Origin: Oikopleura dioica
Taxonomy: Eukaryota; Animalia; Chordata
Length of the DNA stretch: 64,000 bases
Assembly (NCBI GenBank): GCA_907165135.1
Contig: OU015567.1
Span: 15,438,001 to 15,502,000 of the forward strand
Reading direction: 5' to 3'
Shown: positions 26,854-39,327 of the stretch, in pieces
How positions within the stretch are numbered: the stretch's first letter is position 1
Layout of the letters: every line of letters starts with the position of its first letter
Translations under genes and position numbers: made by a program
The notes under the pieces: model-generated
What the model was told of the DNA's origin: nothing
Databases searched by the model: none
The model's input: the letters and a program-made list of their open reading frames with translations, nothing else

Positions 26854-28801
26854 ATGGACGACTTGCGGGCGGCGGTGATGAACTGGAAGATCGGAGTCGG
26901 CCTTGGCGCCGCGTGGTTTTTCTTCCGAAGAGTCAGAAATCGACAGCAGTATCACCACTTGTGCGAGTACGAATACGGCCAGTACAAATGTGTCCCCGAG
27001 TGGCTACCCTCAATAAATGGGCGAGCTCTTAATTTTCTTTCTTGGATTTGTAATACACAGGTATTTCATTTTCATCAACCAGTAATTAAAGTATTGAATA
27101 AGTTTGGTGATCTATTTATCAACGAAATCATTATGGCCGTTGTTGGCCTTCCCAAATTCAGAACGTTGAAACTTGACGAAGGTCCAACATTCTTCCCTTT
27201 TGCGCCGCATAACCTTCCCGTCGCGTTGCCAAGCGAGCCAGTTGACATTTCTGGTCTTGAAAAAGCTCATAAAGAATTGTCTCACGTCCCGAATGAGTTC
27301 CGTTACCGATCTGCGTTTGAGTACGTTCAAGCTTATAGAAACAGCCAACTTACTCCGTTGGATGTTGCAGAGCGACTTGTGGAGACGATCAAGCGCACGA
27401 ATCCAAAGTTGAGAATGCTGTGCGACTGGCATCCTGAAATGATTCTCGAACAAGCGCGAGACTCAACAGAGCGTTACATCTCTGGAAAAGTATTGTCGCC
27501 ACTCGATGGAACCTTTTGCGTCGTCAAGGACCAGATCTCCGTGATCGGCCACTGCAATCGGGGAGGACTCAGCTACGTGAACAAAATGGAAGACGTTGAC
27601 GCACCGATCATCACTAAAATTCGCGATGCCGGAATCATCATCGTTGGCATTTCAAACATGACCGAGCTTGGAATGTCTGTATTTGGCGCAAACCCTTCTT
27701 CTCATCATGGAACTTGCAGGAATCCGATCAACACAGACTACTATCCAGGGGGAAGCTCCAGTGGAACTGCTGCGGCTATTTGCTCTGGGCTCGTCCCCTT
27801 CGGAATCGGTACCGATGGTGGTGGATCGATCAGAATGCCTTCTTGTCAAACTGGTATCGTTGGCTTGAAAACAACATTCTCGAGAGTATCTGCAAACTCT
27901 TATTCAAAAGCCAAGACCTGCTGTAGCACAGTGGCTAATATCGGTCCCATGGCATCGAACATCATTGATCTCGCGCTCTTCTATCAAGTTCTCGCAGGTC
28001 CTGTCCGTGGTGACGCTTTCTCAATGGCGCAACCAAAAGTGAAAGTTCCAAAAGAACTGACTCCCTATATCGACGGCATCAAAATCGGCGTTGACTGGAA
28101 ATGGGCGGAGCTTTCGCGCCCAGAAGTCTTCTCGAATTTCAAAAAGAAAATAGAATTTCTGGCTGAGCGTGGTGCAAGAATTATTGGCATCGACATTCCA
28201 GAGCTGGATTTCATCAATACCGGTCACTTGGTGTCTATCGTTTCCGAAGGTTGCGAACAGATTGGAGAGGCGCTGAATAAGCAGCGAAAAATTGCTCCAG
28301 ACAATGCGGTGATTCTGAATGCTGGAATCGCAAAGCTCGCAGCTACCGATTTTGTTCTTGCTGCTAAGTACAGAACGAGACTGATGACGTACTTGAAGGG
28401 ATTGTTCAAAAGCATCGATATTCTTGCCAATCCCACTTGCGCACAAACAGCAGAACGAATCCTGGATAGTGATGAAGCCGGCTGCTGGAAGTTTGGTGCT
28501 ACTCTGAGGTAGATTTATTATAAAGAAGCGACTATTATAAATTTTTATCTAAAGATACATGATGTACGTAAAACTCTCGAACTACTCGGGAATTCCATCC
28601 ATGTCCGTTCCATCTGGATTCGCGCCTGACGGATTGCCAACTGGAATCATGCTCCAGGTAAATACAGAAAAGCTTCATCAATTAAATTGTTACTCCAAGG
28701 GCAACTGGTATTCAGAAGAACTTCTTATAAAAGTAGGCCATGTTCTTGACCTCGACCACAAACGCGTCCGACCTCAAGTTTTCACAGACCTTCTGCACTA
28801 A
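26854..28801 (+). CDS. Amidase-signature enzyme, fatty-acid amide hydrolase-like
   Basis: PLDGTFCVVKDQI, GGSSSGTAAAI...GTDGGGSIRMPS...GLKTTFSRV, terminal NYSGIPSMSVPSGFAPDGLPTGIMLQG. Confidence 0.85.
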
Positions 28802-28956
28802 TCTTTCCATTTCAAATATCTTATCTACCTGTTCGACTTATCTGTTCAAAGTTATAAATTATCGTCAATTTAAATATTTAAATCAGCTTCTGTGCAATTA
28901 AAAAAACATTCAAGACCAATAAATTTTCTTTGATTCTAACTTCTTTCTTTGGCAGA

Positions 28957-29349
28957 ATGGAAGGCGCCATCAACCACATGGATTCCATCGGTCGACCTAC
29001 CTCAAAAGTCCTTGCGCCGCCAGGAGGTGGGAGCTCCAACATCTTCGGGACTGATCCAGAGCCTGTGAAACAAACAGCAACAAGAAACAGGAAGAATGAG
29101 TCCTCCATCTTTGGTGCTCCGGAGCCCGTTCAAACTCAGAAACCAGCTGAACCAAAGGTCGAAGCAGCTAAAGAAGCTGCACCTCCCAAAGAAGCTCCAA
29201 AAGAGGCCCAGAAAGCTGAAGATGCTGCCCCAGCTCAGGTGCCCAATGCGAGTGATTACGTTTTTAACCCTTTTTAGACCAACCAGAAGACTACTTCAAT
29301 CAAGGTCCATGCTCCCCCAGGAGGAAAATCAAGCATCTTCTTCGGCTAA
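28957..29349 (+). CDS. JPT: Jupiter / HN1-like microtubule-associated protein
   Basis: GRPTSKVLAPPGGGSSNIFG, RNRKNESSIFG and C-terminal KVHAPPGGKSSIFFG. One intron at ~29243-29276. Confidence 0.85.
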
Positions 29350-29612
29350 ATTGCTACCTCGTCAATTACACGTACTATCCTGTTCTCTGAAAACTAACGC
29401 CTTAGCCTGTCTCTGGTAGATGCTTGTTAGAATCAAGCATTTCGTATTTCTTTCTATCTCGCTTTAATTTTTATCGCTCCTATTTGATTTGCATTTTTTT
29501 TACTTTTCACTGTGAAATAATTGACTTGTACTCTTACTTATCATGATTCCACTGTTTTCTTCCGAATTTATATCTTCCTTTGAAAAAAAATCTTTACTTT
29601 TCAAATCCAAGT

Positions 29613-31571
29613 ATGATACGGGGATGTTCCCATTTACGTCGATTTCGTATGCAATTCAACACTTCGGTTTTATCCGCCAGTTCAAAAGCCCCTACTCTTC
29701 TTGAAAATGAAGGGATCTTTTTCCACGGTCAATCCATCGATGGCGCTACTTCTTCAGTTTCCACTTTTGCGCCTAAGCTCTTTGAGACAGAAATAAAAAA
29801 TGTCCAGCTTGTATCTGCTGGAATTGGCTTCTCCGTGATTCTGGCAAACGGAGAGCTCTACGGCTGTGGGCTGAATACTTCTGGACAACTTGGGTAAGAG
29901 ACTTGCCAAAAGAATGAAAATTAAATTCTTTAAGATTTCAGGGGTACTCTAAATATCACGCGGAAAAGCTCGAATCTGAAGTGAAAAACTTGGAAATCGT
30001 CAAAACTCTTAGCAAAATAAAAACGTCGAAGCTTCCTTCAAGTCAGATTATTTCGATTTCCGCGGGTCGCCAGCACTTTGGCTTTGTAACGGACACTGGA
30101 AAGGTGCACCTTCTTGGGTCAAATCGAAGTGGTCAATGTGGAAGAAGAGTGAACTTTGATGAAAGCTCTTTTGAGCGACCAACAGAGTTTGTTTTCGACA
30201 CAGCGGTTCGTTTCGGATCTCCAGCCGTCAAAATATCATGCGCGTTTGACTCAACCTTGGTCTTGCTAGAAAATGGAAGGGTTATTTCATTTGGTAATGG
30301 TTGGGACGGACAGCTAGGAAGAGGCGACTTTGTTTCCGACCACAGTCCGAACTTTGTCGATTGCGAAGAGCGTTTTGTTGATATTGATTCTTGTGCCGAC
30401 TGGACTCTTGCGAGAACGGAAGATGGGCGAATTTTCGGCTGGGGAAATAACGAATACAATCAGATTTCATGTAAAAAACAATCAGGCAACCCCAGTTCTT
30501 ATGTGTTCTTTTAGCGCAAGAAGTTGATCGAATCGGCAAGCCACAAGAGATCTTCTTTGACGAGTTCTTCGAAAACATCAAAGTCCTCAAAATCGCGTGC
30601 ACATCAAGTCAAGGCTTTGCACTTGTCGAATCTGATGTTAAAACTGGCACAGCTCTGTATAGCTGGGGCTACGGATTTCATAATGATGTCTCCACGGAAC
30701 CGACGACTAGAAAATATCCACAAGAGATTGCGCTCGATGTCAATATCAAGGTAAATGAGTATAATTCGATACTTTATCTTACTTTCCATAGAATATTTTC
30801 GGAGGTGTTAATGCTCTGGCAGTTCTCACGGAAAATGATGATCTTCTAACTTTTGGCAAAAACGAAAAAGATGTTCTCGGCCATTTGAACCGCGGAAATC
30901 TCGCAGAATACATCATCGAAACTCCAAAGACGATTTCCCAAGTGGCGATCGGCCTGAATCACGTCATTATAGCTGGCAGCAAAGAAACGAAAAAGGTTGA
31001 ATCAACTTTCAGCCATCAAGTTGTTGAAGATAGCACTCCGATACAAAATATAATTGAAGCTGAAATCGCTGCTGTTATGGAAAATGACTCTACCTCGACG
31101 CCAACTGAAGACATAAAGAATAATTCTCAAAAGAAAGATGCTCCTGAAAAGCCTGTCAAGGAAGATCTGCAAGAGAAACGTGGATATCAGGGCAAAAACT
31201 TTGACCCCAACTTCAAAAAATTCGCCAAGCCAGCTCCTCAAGAAGATGCTCCAAGAAGAGGCTACGTGGGCAAAAACTTTAACCCGAACTATAAATCGGA
31301 TCCGATTAAAGTCCACCATAACCCCAAAACATATCATAAACAGGGAAAGAACTTCGACCCCAACTACAAGAAGAAATTCAACCAGCCACCTTCTGAATAT
31401 GGATACAAAGGCAAAAACTACGACCCGGACTATCATCTTAAGAAAAAGCAGCAGCGAGAAAATAAAAATAATCCTCACTTCAAACAATCTTCTGAAAGTT
31501 CAACTGAAAGCTTTGGTTATAAAGGGAGAAACTACGACCCGGATTACTATAAAAAGAAATATCAAAAATAA
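29613..31571 (+). CDS. RCC1L: RCC1-like protein (RCC1L/WBSCR16-like) with mitochondrial-type N-terminus and a repeat-bearing C-terminal extension
   Basis: RCC1 repeats VSAGIGFSVIL...GCGLNTSGQLG, ISAGRQHFGF...GSNRSGQCG, FGNGWDGQLG, FGWGNNEYNQ. R/S-rich N-terminus. Confidence 0.7.
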
Positions 31572-31817
31572 AAGAAATTCGTTGACATAAATAATACTTT
31601 TGGAAGTAGAATGCTTATAAGCTCATATTTCCGCCGTCTTTTTCTTTTTCGAAGCATGGGCATCTTATCAGGATTATTCAGTGATGAGCATATTTTGAAA
31701 TTATTTTATTACATGTCCGTCAAATATTTGCATCTTGCTTTTCAGAAATCGTCTTCATTCTTTGCATTTTGTTATTCTTTATGATCGTCATTCTGGCAAG
31801 AAATCTTCCTTCTCGAG

Positions 31818-33700
31818 TCATCCCTGTACTTTCTGTAGAAGGCGATACTCGGAAAGGCTAATGTTAGACTCAAGGCAGCCATAACGTAGTTCATCGTTGC
31901 GTATTCTCCATTTTTGAGACTTATCCAGTTCGAAAAGAATAGTTATTTTGCTTTTTTGAATTTTTTCGAACTTTGGTTGAAGTCTAAAATGGGAATCAAA
32001 AGCAAAGTGAACGGCTGGATCAGAACAGAAATAGAGCCAAAAACGAAACTATAAAAATAAGGGATGAAAATGTCTTATCAACTTTACCCATAAACATTTT
32101 GTGGAAAAAGATAAAAATATGCCGGGTTCCACATGACTCCGAAAGCTCGGCCAATATTGTGGAGAATGCAAGACCTGAAAATTTCAATACCTATTTGCGA
32201 GTAATTTCTCAACTTACGCCATCGCTAGGTCCTTATCTCTTTGCGCCTGAAGAAAACTACTGGCAGATAGCATGATCGCACTGGTGATGAAAGATGTTCC
32301 AAGACCAAATGCATCTCCTTTTTGTGAGCCATTTTTGTTCATGAATTTCCGGCACAAGTCACAGTACATACCAGGAAGAAGACCGCAAAACAAGAAAATG
32401 AAGGCCAATTGACTCTTTATCAGGGATATTTTCGAGGAAAAGACTTGTCTTGCCATAATTTACAGTAGTTGAAATTGAAGTCCTGTCCTGACGTTTGTTG
32501 ATTGCAGCATTGAATCCAGCTGGATCATCGTCGCCGGCAACCCATTCAGGCCATCCACTTCCTTTAAAAGCCCTTGTCAAATCCCTTGAGACAAATCTTA
32601 CCGAGCCAGCCAAGATAAGATCCTCGTCTCATCGTCAAGCCAGCATGCCCAAGAAACAAAATGTAAAAGTTAAGATTCTTCAGAACATCCTTTATCGTGT
32701 ACGTTTCCTCGGAAATATTCCCTGCTTTGTCGTCTTCTTTTGTTTCTATTGAGTATTCTGAGTAAATTTCTTGGCCGCGGATCTTCCGGATGATGAAGGA
32801 GTTCTCGAACAGAGAGTACTCAGTATTTGTGGCTATCTTCAAAGGCATCGAGTTTGGCGTCCAGAGAACGAGCTTGCGAAGGGTTTGAATTTAAAATGCA
32901 CAGGAATCTTAATGAAATCTTAATGCGCACAATAAATTGCAAACCCATCCTTAATCACCGTTATGACAGCAGCACCGAGAGCCCAAACTTTGAAAATAGT
33001 GAAAACACCGACATCTAAGTTATCTTAGATTTGATTAACACAAAAGTGATCTCTAGAATACTCTTTAGAATAGCACTTTATTGATTAACCATAGCCATAA
33101 TTATATTGATAAGCAGTCCAACGGATCCACCAGCACCAAACGCCGATGACAGTGCTAAAAAGTTCGCCTTGTGCGTGAAACGGAGTTGTACCTTGCAAAA
33201 TTGACAATTTTATCGTTGGTAGGGCCAATGCCATTTTAGCATTGACGATGTGGTTGGAAACTCCTCCCGCAGCCATCAGCGGCCAAGCTGCCCAAATAAG
33301 GTCTATGTTGCCTTCGACGAAAATCATTAAGGTGAAGCCCGTCGTTACTAGTGCCCCCGAAATAATCCGAGAGGGAATAAAGCCGAATTTGTCGATGATG
33401 ACCCCGAGAAGAAGGGCCGTAACGGCATAAGAAACATTTGATATCGTGTAAATATTGTTGAAAAGTCTGTCTCGATCGCTACAATCTTCGTCTCCTGTTA
33501 CTGTGTCATTCGTACAGTACTTGGAATCGTAATGTTTGATGTCTTTCAGAATCGCTGTTATTTGTCCCTATCGCTGATTTTCCAAAATTCTTGTTGAGTC
33601 TTTATAATGAAAATCAACCCTTGCCCAGGACAACCAAAGTCCATTAATGAAGAAAGTTTCCAAGACACAAACTCTGTTCACGGTTGAAATTTAAGCTGTT
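31818..33700 (-). CDS. SLC43: SLC43/LAT3-LAT4-like MFS transporter (start approximate)
   Basis: Reverse strand VLETFFINGLWLSW..GQITAILKD, CTNDT..DCSDRDRLFNNIYTIS...LLLGVIIDKFGFIPSRII, and LKNLNFYILFLG. Ends FYRKVQG* at 31818. Confidence 0.65.
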
Positions 33701-34587
33701 GAACAGCTGCTTTTCTCTAAATTCAATGAAAATGGTAGTTTCAATCCGATCATAACGCAGCATAAATTCCCTACAATGGTTTTCGAAGACATAATTTTTC
33801 TTCGAAATGATTTTGAAACGGACGATGGACTCGGTGAGCGGCTTTATGTACCTGCGGGAATAGTAAAGGCAGAACAAAAGAATTGCAACTGGCTCTTCAA
33901 ACGTTAACTTGACGCAATTCGTTTTGAAATTTCCGGATGAAAATTTGTAATTTACGGCGTTTTTTATCATAATTCATTTATTCTAAGTTTTGGCAGATTC
34001 GATGGGTTGCATGAATTCTTGGCTTTTCATAAGTCCTTGAAGAGCGTATTCCCAGTTTTCTACGATAAGGTACGATAATTTTAGCGAGAAATTATTAATC
34101 GTCAGAATTACTTTTTGCACAAGTTGAAGTCCGGCAGTGTTGAGACTTTCGTTACTGTCGTCAATATACGGAAGCTAGAAATAGATGCAAATAATTGTTT
34201 GAATGCGAAGACGAACCTGTCTTGTAAAGCGAATGTTCATTCTTGCTCTTTCGGCGCCAGGAGAAGAAATATAAAGAGTACCTCGAAATTTAAACAACGA
34301 GATTCAAAAATTAAAACAGCGATAACGACAGAGATGATAGGAGTTCTATCATACCTTCAAACGAGTACGCCAGCTCCTAAACAGTCAAACTCGAATTATT
34401 ACCGTCATCACTGATCAATGTCACCTGGCTACCACCAAGTGGATTGACCGACCCTTCGCCAACTCTTCGTTTTTGTCGGTTCACACTTATTACAATCTTC
34501 ATTCAAAATTATCGATAAAATTTCACCTGTAAGCATTTAGCTCATCTTCAAACTCAGTGAGAATTTCTTGGACGTGAACTTTTTGAA

Positions 34588-36494
34588 CTAATTCGCTGAT
34601 TTTCGCGGCTTCATGCGATTGCTGCATCCATTTCTCCGAAAAACGCCGTTTGATCTAAAAGATCGATCTTTATTGGCATTCATTTGCATGAGAACCTTCA
34701 TGTAAAGCTCAGCGTAAATGTAGTTATTGAAGATTTCGTTGATAAGCGGGGCTAAGCCACCAATATAAGCGAGTCCAAAGAAGATCCACATAAGCACCAT
34801 GAATCTGTAGATTACGAAGATCAAGGAATCTTTGAAAGACGGAGTTATGTCTCCAAAACCAACAGTTGTTAGCGAGATAACGACAAAATAGAAAGCATCG
34901 AGGAAAGTTCTATTTTCGATGAACTTGAACAGAACGGCGGGAATGAACATCGTGATGACCATTCCAACCAGCGTGTAGAGCAGAATTAGCTGCGATTTCT
35001 TTTTGTCACTCAAAGCGCCATTTTCTTTCGAAAAAGAAATATTCGAACAGACTCGCAGATTTTGCCAAGCAAAAAATTGAAGAAGGGAACGCTGGTAAGA
35101 GCATAGAACATGGAAAAGAGCTTCCCTCCTTTTGTCGTCGGATATACATCTCCGTAGCCTATCGTAGTTCCAACAACGCCGGCGAAAAAGAAAGAGTTTC
35201 GAAAGACCCAAATGTCGGGGCATTGGACGATGAGATTGTTGTGGTCATCGATGTAGCTCTCAATCTTCGAAATGGCGGGATGAGTCTTTTCTTTTGGCTT
35301 GGCGGGTTCAGTGCTGTTTCTCTTCTCGAATTGATTCTTGCTGTTTGCCTTGGGTGCAAGTGAAAACAACGAAGACTTTTGGAGAAAAAAATTTAGCTGT
35401 CTTCACTTTTCCTGAAGCTCCTCGAGCGCAGCAATAATCGCTTCTTTAGAGTTGATTTCAAGCTTTAAATTTTCAATGTCAAAGTCTTTTCCGTCAATAA
35501 TCTTTTCGCACTTCGCTTTTTCTTCTTCCAATAATTTTTCAAGGGAAAATCCATTCGATTCATATACCTTCACTTTTTTCTCCAACAATTCCATCTTCAG
35601 AATAAACTCATTCGATCAGGAACAGAGAAGGTCAACAAACCTGTGACTTGTAGAACTGATGAAGCTGTTTGACCACATTTTCATTGATTTCATTAGCAAT
35701 TTTTGCTTGAAATTTACGTCTTTTTGCATTGACCGCCTTATTCTTTGATTTTGGCAGTTGATCGCTGTTATAAATAGTGTAGGGTTCACTTGAGACGACT
35801 TCCATCTGGAGAACCTCTGGCTCGCCGCAAGGATCTTTGTCGATTCCTTCCAGTAAGTCCTCCTTTTTCAATGGCCCGTTGACTGAATCATGAATCCTCT
35901 GAAAGTCAACTTCCAGGCTGGAACAGTTTTCGCTCTTGTCCTTGATCACCAAGTGCGCCTTGCTCTCGCTCGACACCAGGTCATAATACCTCAAGCTCAA
36001 CCCGGCGACATGTTCTCTTGAGATTGGAAAGCGCACGCGGATCGCAACAGTTTCTCGAAACGCCAAGCCAAACGTCACATTTTGCTGCTTTGAATTCAGC
36101 TTAGCAAAACCTACTGCATCCCTTCTTCGTCGAGTTTTGTTTCTATCGTCGTCTACGGGCAAGAAATGGCCATCATCACTGGAGTGATCCTGGTCGGTGA
36201 TATGACCGATTCTTTGTGCTTTGAGATACGCTGTGTTTGGTTAAAATGCTCTTTAAAAATATCGAAGATGCATTTTTATAACCGTTCCGTCATGCGCTTT
36301 TCTTAGCTTCTCCTCGACCATTTGACATGTTTTTTTTCAAGTGGCCTTTCGATGGCCATAAAGCATGCACCTCCCATTAAAACATAGGCTATGTAAACTG
36401 CAAAAACCCATCCAATGTCTTTTAGTGTGGATAGCCTTGAGCCGGCCAAGGAAAGCCGCCTATATTTTCCATTTCTCTTTCGTAAAAGAACCAT
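34588..36494 (-). CDS. KCNK: Two-pore-domain potassium channel (K2P/KCNK) with expanded M1-P1 loop; two apparent 1-nt homopolymer frameshifts
   Basis: M1 WVFAVYIAYVLMGGACFMAIERPLE; P1 WVFRNSFFFAGVVGTTIGYGDVYP; P2 FLDAFYFVVISLTTVGFGDITP. Frame breaks at A8 (36330-37) and T5 (35031-35). Confidence 0.78.
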
Positions 36495-36959
36495 TTTCAA
36501 CTTGTTAAGAAAAAAAGTAACCTTTTTTCTAATCAACTTTATCTGAAGTATTCCCACTGCCTTTGATTAGAGGTTTTAATTTCATGTTCTGCCATCGTTT
36601 GATTACTTTTTTTAAGAGGCTTAGTTTTTCGTGATTTATTAGGGGTATCTCTCAAACTGTCCTGTGATCGCTGACGGAGATGATAGTTGTTCATCCACAA
36701 ATCGGCGAAACCGCCTGAAAAAACTCAATGTTATCAAATTCAATTCGAGCTCCCCCTCTATGATTCGCAAACTATGGCTGAAAATAACTATTGTCTAGCT
36801 TCTATGGCTCTAATTCGGTGAGTACAGTATTAAAATTGTTACCTCCAGGAGCTGGAATAGGCTGAAACATCTTTCAAGTGGTTTTTATTTTATTTCTCTC
36901 AAGAAAAGTTAGAAATCAAGCCGATGTTCTTGGCCGCCAAGGCTAAGCAAAAACTCATC

Positions 36960-37620
36960 AGCCATAAGTGTGTGCTCATGTCTACCCGAAAATGACCAGG
37001 AGATTTGAGTTCGTCCAATTCAATGATAATATTGGCAGCATTGGCAACACAATTTTATAGATCGACATAGACTGAAACGATCCAGTAGAGCATGACTTGA
37101 ATATATGAAGATTGAGAAGAGGTAAGAATTTTATTATACGGAGGTCGGAAACAGTGCGGTCATCATGAATCTGGTGAACTTTTCTAGTTAGTGCAAATAA
37201 GTTGAATTAACAAGAGTCCACAGAAATTGAGGATCGTTTTCATCGAATGGAACAACTTTGATTGACTTCATATGGTCTTTCTCTCCTCTCCAAGCAAGTT
37301 CTTTTCCTTTGATAAAGATTTTTAATTATATTTTTTTTAAAAAGTGCTACCTTGACTGTTGGTGACTGTTGCCTTTATCCACCAATCTTCGCAATCCGCC
37401 ATCTAAAAAATTACGATGCCCGGCTTTTTAACTTGAATTATTTACGTTGCATGCTTTTTGAAGCTTCCAAACTTGCGAAAAACCATCTCTTCCGATTTCA
37501 TGGTGTTTCACTTGGTCTCCGATGTCAATCATTTCTGAGAAAAATTTTCCTTTTCTTCAACGATGACTATTTAACAAACCTTTTGCAAAACTTGCTCGAC
37601 AATCTTTCCCTCCGCAGCCA
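36960..37620 (-). CDS. Uncharacterised coding-like exons
   Basis: Reverse-strand exon-like segments EMIDIGDQVKHHEIGRDGFSQVWKLQKACN, ADCEDWWIKATVTNSQ|GKELAWRGEKDHMKSIKVVPFDENDPQFLW. No family recognised. Confidence 0.3.
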
Positions 37621-37963
37621 TGCGTATTGATAAATTACTCGTTCAATTTGTAAGTCGGTTCAATTTCAAGATGATGAACTTCGATCTCAGGTGTTGTCAG
37701 CATATATGGAAGGTAGAGGTTTCCGCAGGTTACAGAGAACTAAAACTCATTTCATCAACTGAATATGCTCGGGGATTATTTAACCTCTTTGTTATTATTG
37801 TTAATGAACCCAACAAGCTGGTTATAAAAGCATCTCGGCCCATCCTCCATCTCGATGCAAACATCCTCACAATCCATATCATAGCAAGTATTCGTTACAG
37901 GTGGTAATATTTCGCAGAGATCGCCTGTTATATCTTCCGGGCACTTATTTCGAAAAATCAATG

Positions 37964-38697
37964 GGGTAATGGTATACATCGGGGCGGCGCCGCTCGCTCG
38001 ATCCGCGCTCCGCAAGAACCTATTTTCACGAGGCCGTAAAATCTGAACGGATCGAGATTTTTCGAGATTTAAACAGATTCGGAATCCTCAAAGTCTCTTC
38101 TACAAACTGATCGAAAATTATAACAATTTTCAAAAGAAACAATGTGAAAAGTGCCAGTTTCCTTCAAATGACATTTTCTCCTGAATTTCTCATCCAAATT
38201 TTTTGAAAATTAGACTGTCTTGTAGAGAATCGTCAGCTCTACAATTCCTGTTTTTCAGATTTCTGTTTTAAGCTTTTATTAATTTTACATCGCAATTTGT
38301 AAAGAGCGCTACTTCTTCTCGCGCCTCTCCGCTGCATATTTCTCGCGCCGCGCTTGGTTTGAAGCTAGAAGACATAATTTTTGAAAGCCTAAATGAAAAT
38401 TCTGAAAAACAGAAATTGTAGAGCTGACGATTCTCTACAAGACAGTCTAATTTTCAAAAAATTGGATGAGAAATTCAGGAGAAAATGTCATTTGAAGGAA
38501 ACTGGCACTTTTCACATTGTTTCTCTTTGAAAATTGTTTTAATTTTCGATCAGTTAGTAGAAGAGACTTTGAGGATTCCGAATCTGTTTAAATCTCGAAA
38601 AATCTCGATCCGTTCAGATTTAACGGCCTCGTGAGAAATAGGTTCTTGCGGAGCGCGGATCGAGCGAGCGGCGCCGCCCCGATGTATACCATTACCC
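37964..38697. mobile_element. Fold-back MITE with ~300-bp near-perfect TIRs (GG termini), 734 bp
   Basis: GGGTAATGGTATACATCGGGGCGGCGCC... mirrored by ...GGCGCCGCCCCGATGTATACCATTACCC. TTAA follows the right end; the left TTAA is absent. Confidence 0.8.
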
Positions 38698-38701
38698 TTA
38701 A

Positions 38702-39327
38702 GGTGGTAGATATCAAGAAAAAAAATTTCCATTTTTTTGCCTCAAACTTTTTCTACGAATAGTTTCGAGTTTTAAGCAAAAACTTTTTGATTGGACCACG
38801 TGATTTTTCACAAAATCGCCTCTAACATTTCGAAATTTGTCCATTTCATAAAAAATCGACTTATTTTTAGTTATCAAGAATGATAATTGTCCCAAAAACA
38901 TAAATAAAAACCCCTGAAAACATTTTTAAAATGATTTTAACACCGCTGAATTAAAATTCAAAAGTTTAAATTTTCGTCGAAAAACGCGAAAATTAGGAAA
39001 TCGACTTTTTCTTTAAAAATTTCTGAAATCAAAATTTCTGGCCTCCATAGGATCTAGACAAGGGTCTTATCTTACTTCTCAGAAGAAAATATATTTCGCC
39101 CTTTAGAAGGGTTTCGAGAAAAGTCTGCCAAGAAAATGGTCATTTTTAGCGATTTCCGAATTTTCAACGCCATTTTTTACGATTTTTCTCTTGGAAATTT
39201 AGAGATCGGCCTTCCATAGGCATGAGATAAGGGCCTCAACCCTTTATTAAAACAAAAATCATAGGTCACTATGTTACGATTGGGAGAAAAGTCTGCCAGA
39301 AAATCCCAATTCTTGATATCTACCTCC
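38702..39327. mobile_element. TTAA-flanked MITE with GG termini (Kolobok-like), 626 bp
   Basis: TTAA|GGTGGTAGATATCAAGAA ... TTCTTGATATCTACCTCC|TTAA (17/18 TIR match). Shares its left TTAA (38698-38701) with the preceding element. Confidence 0.7.
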
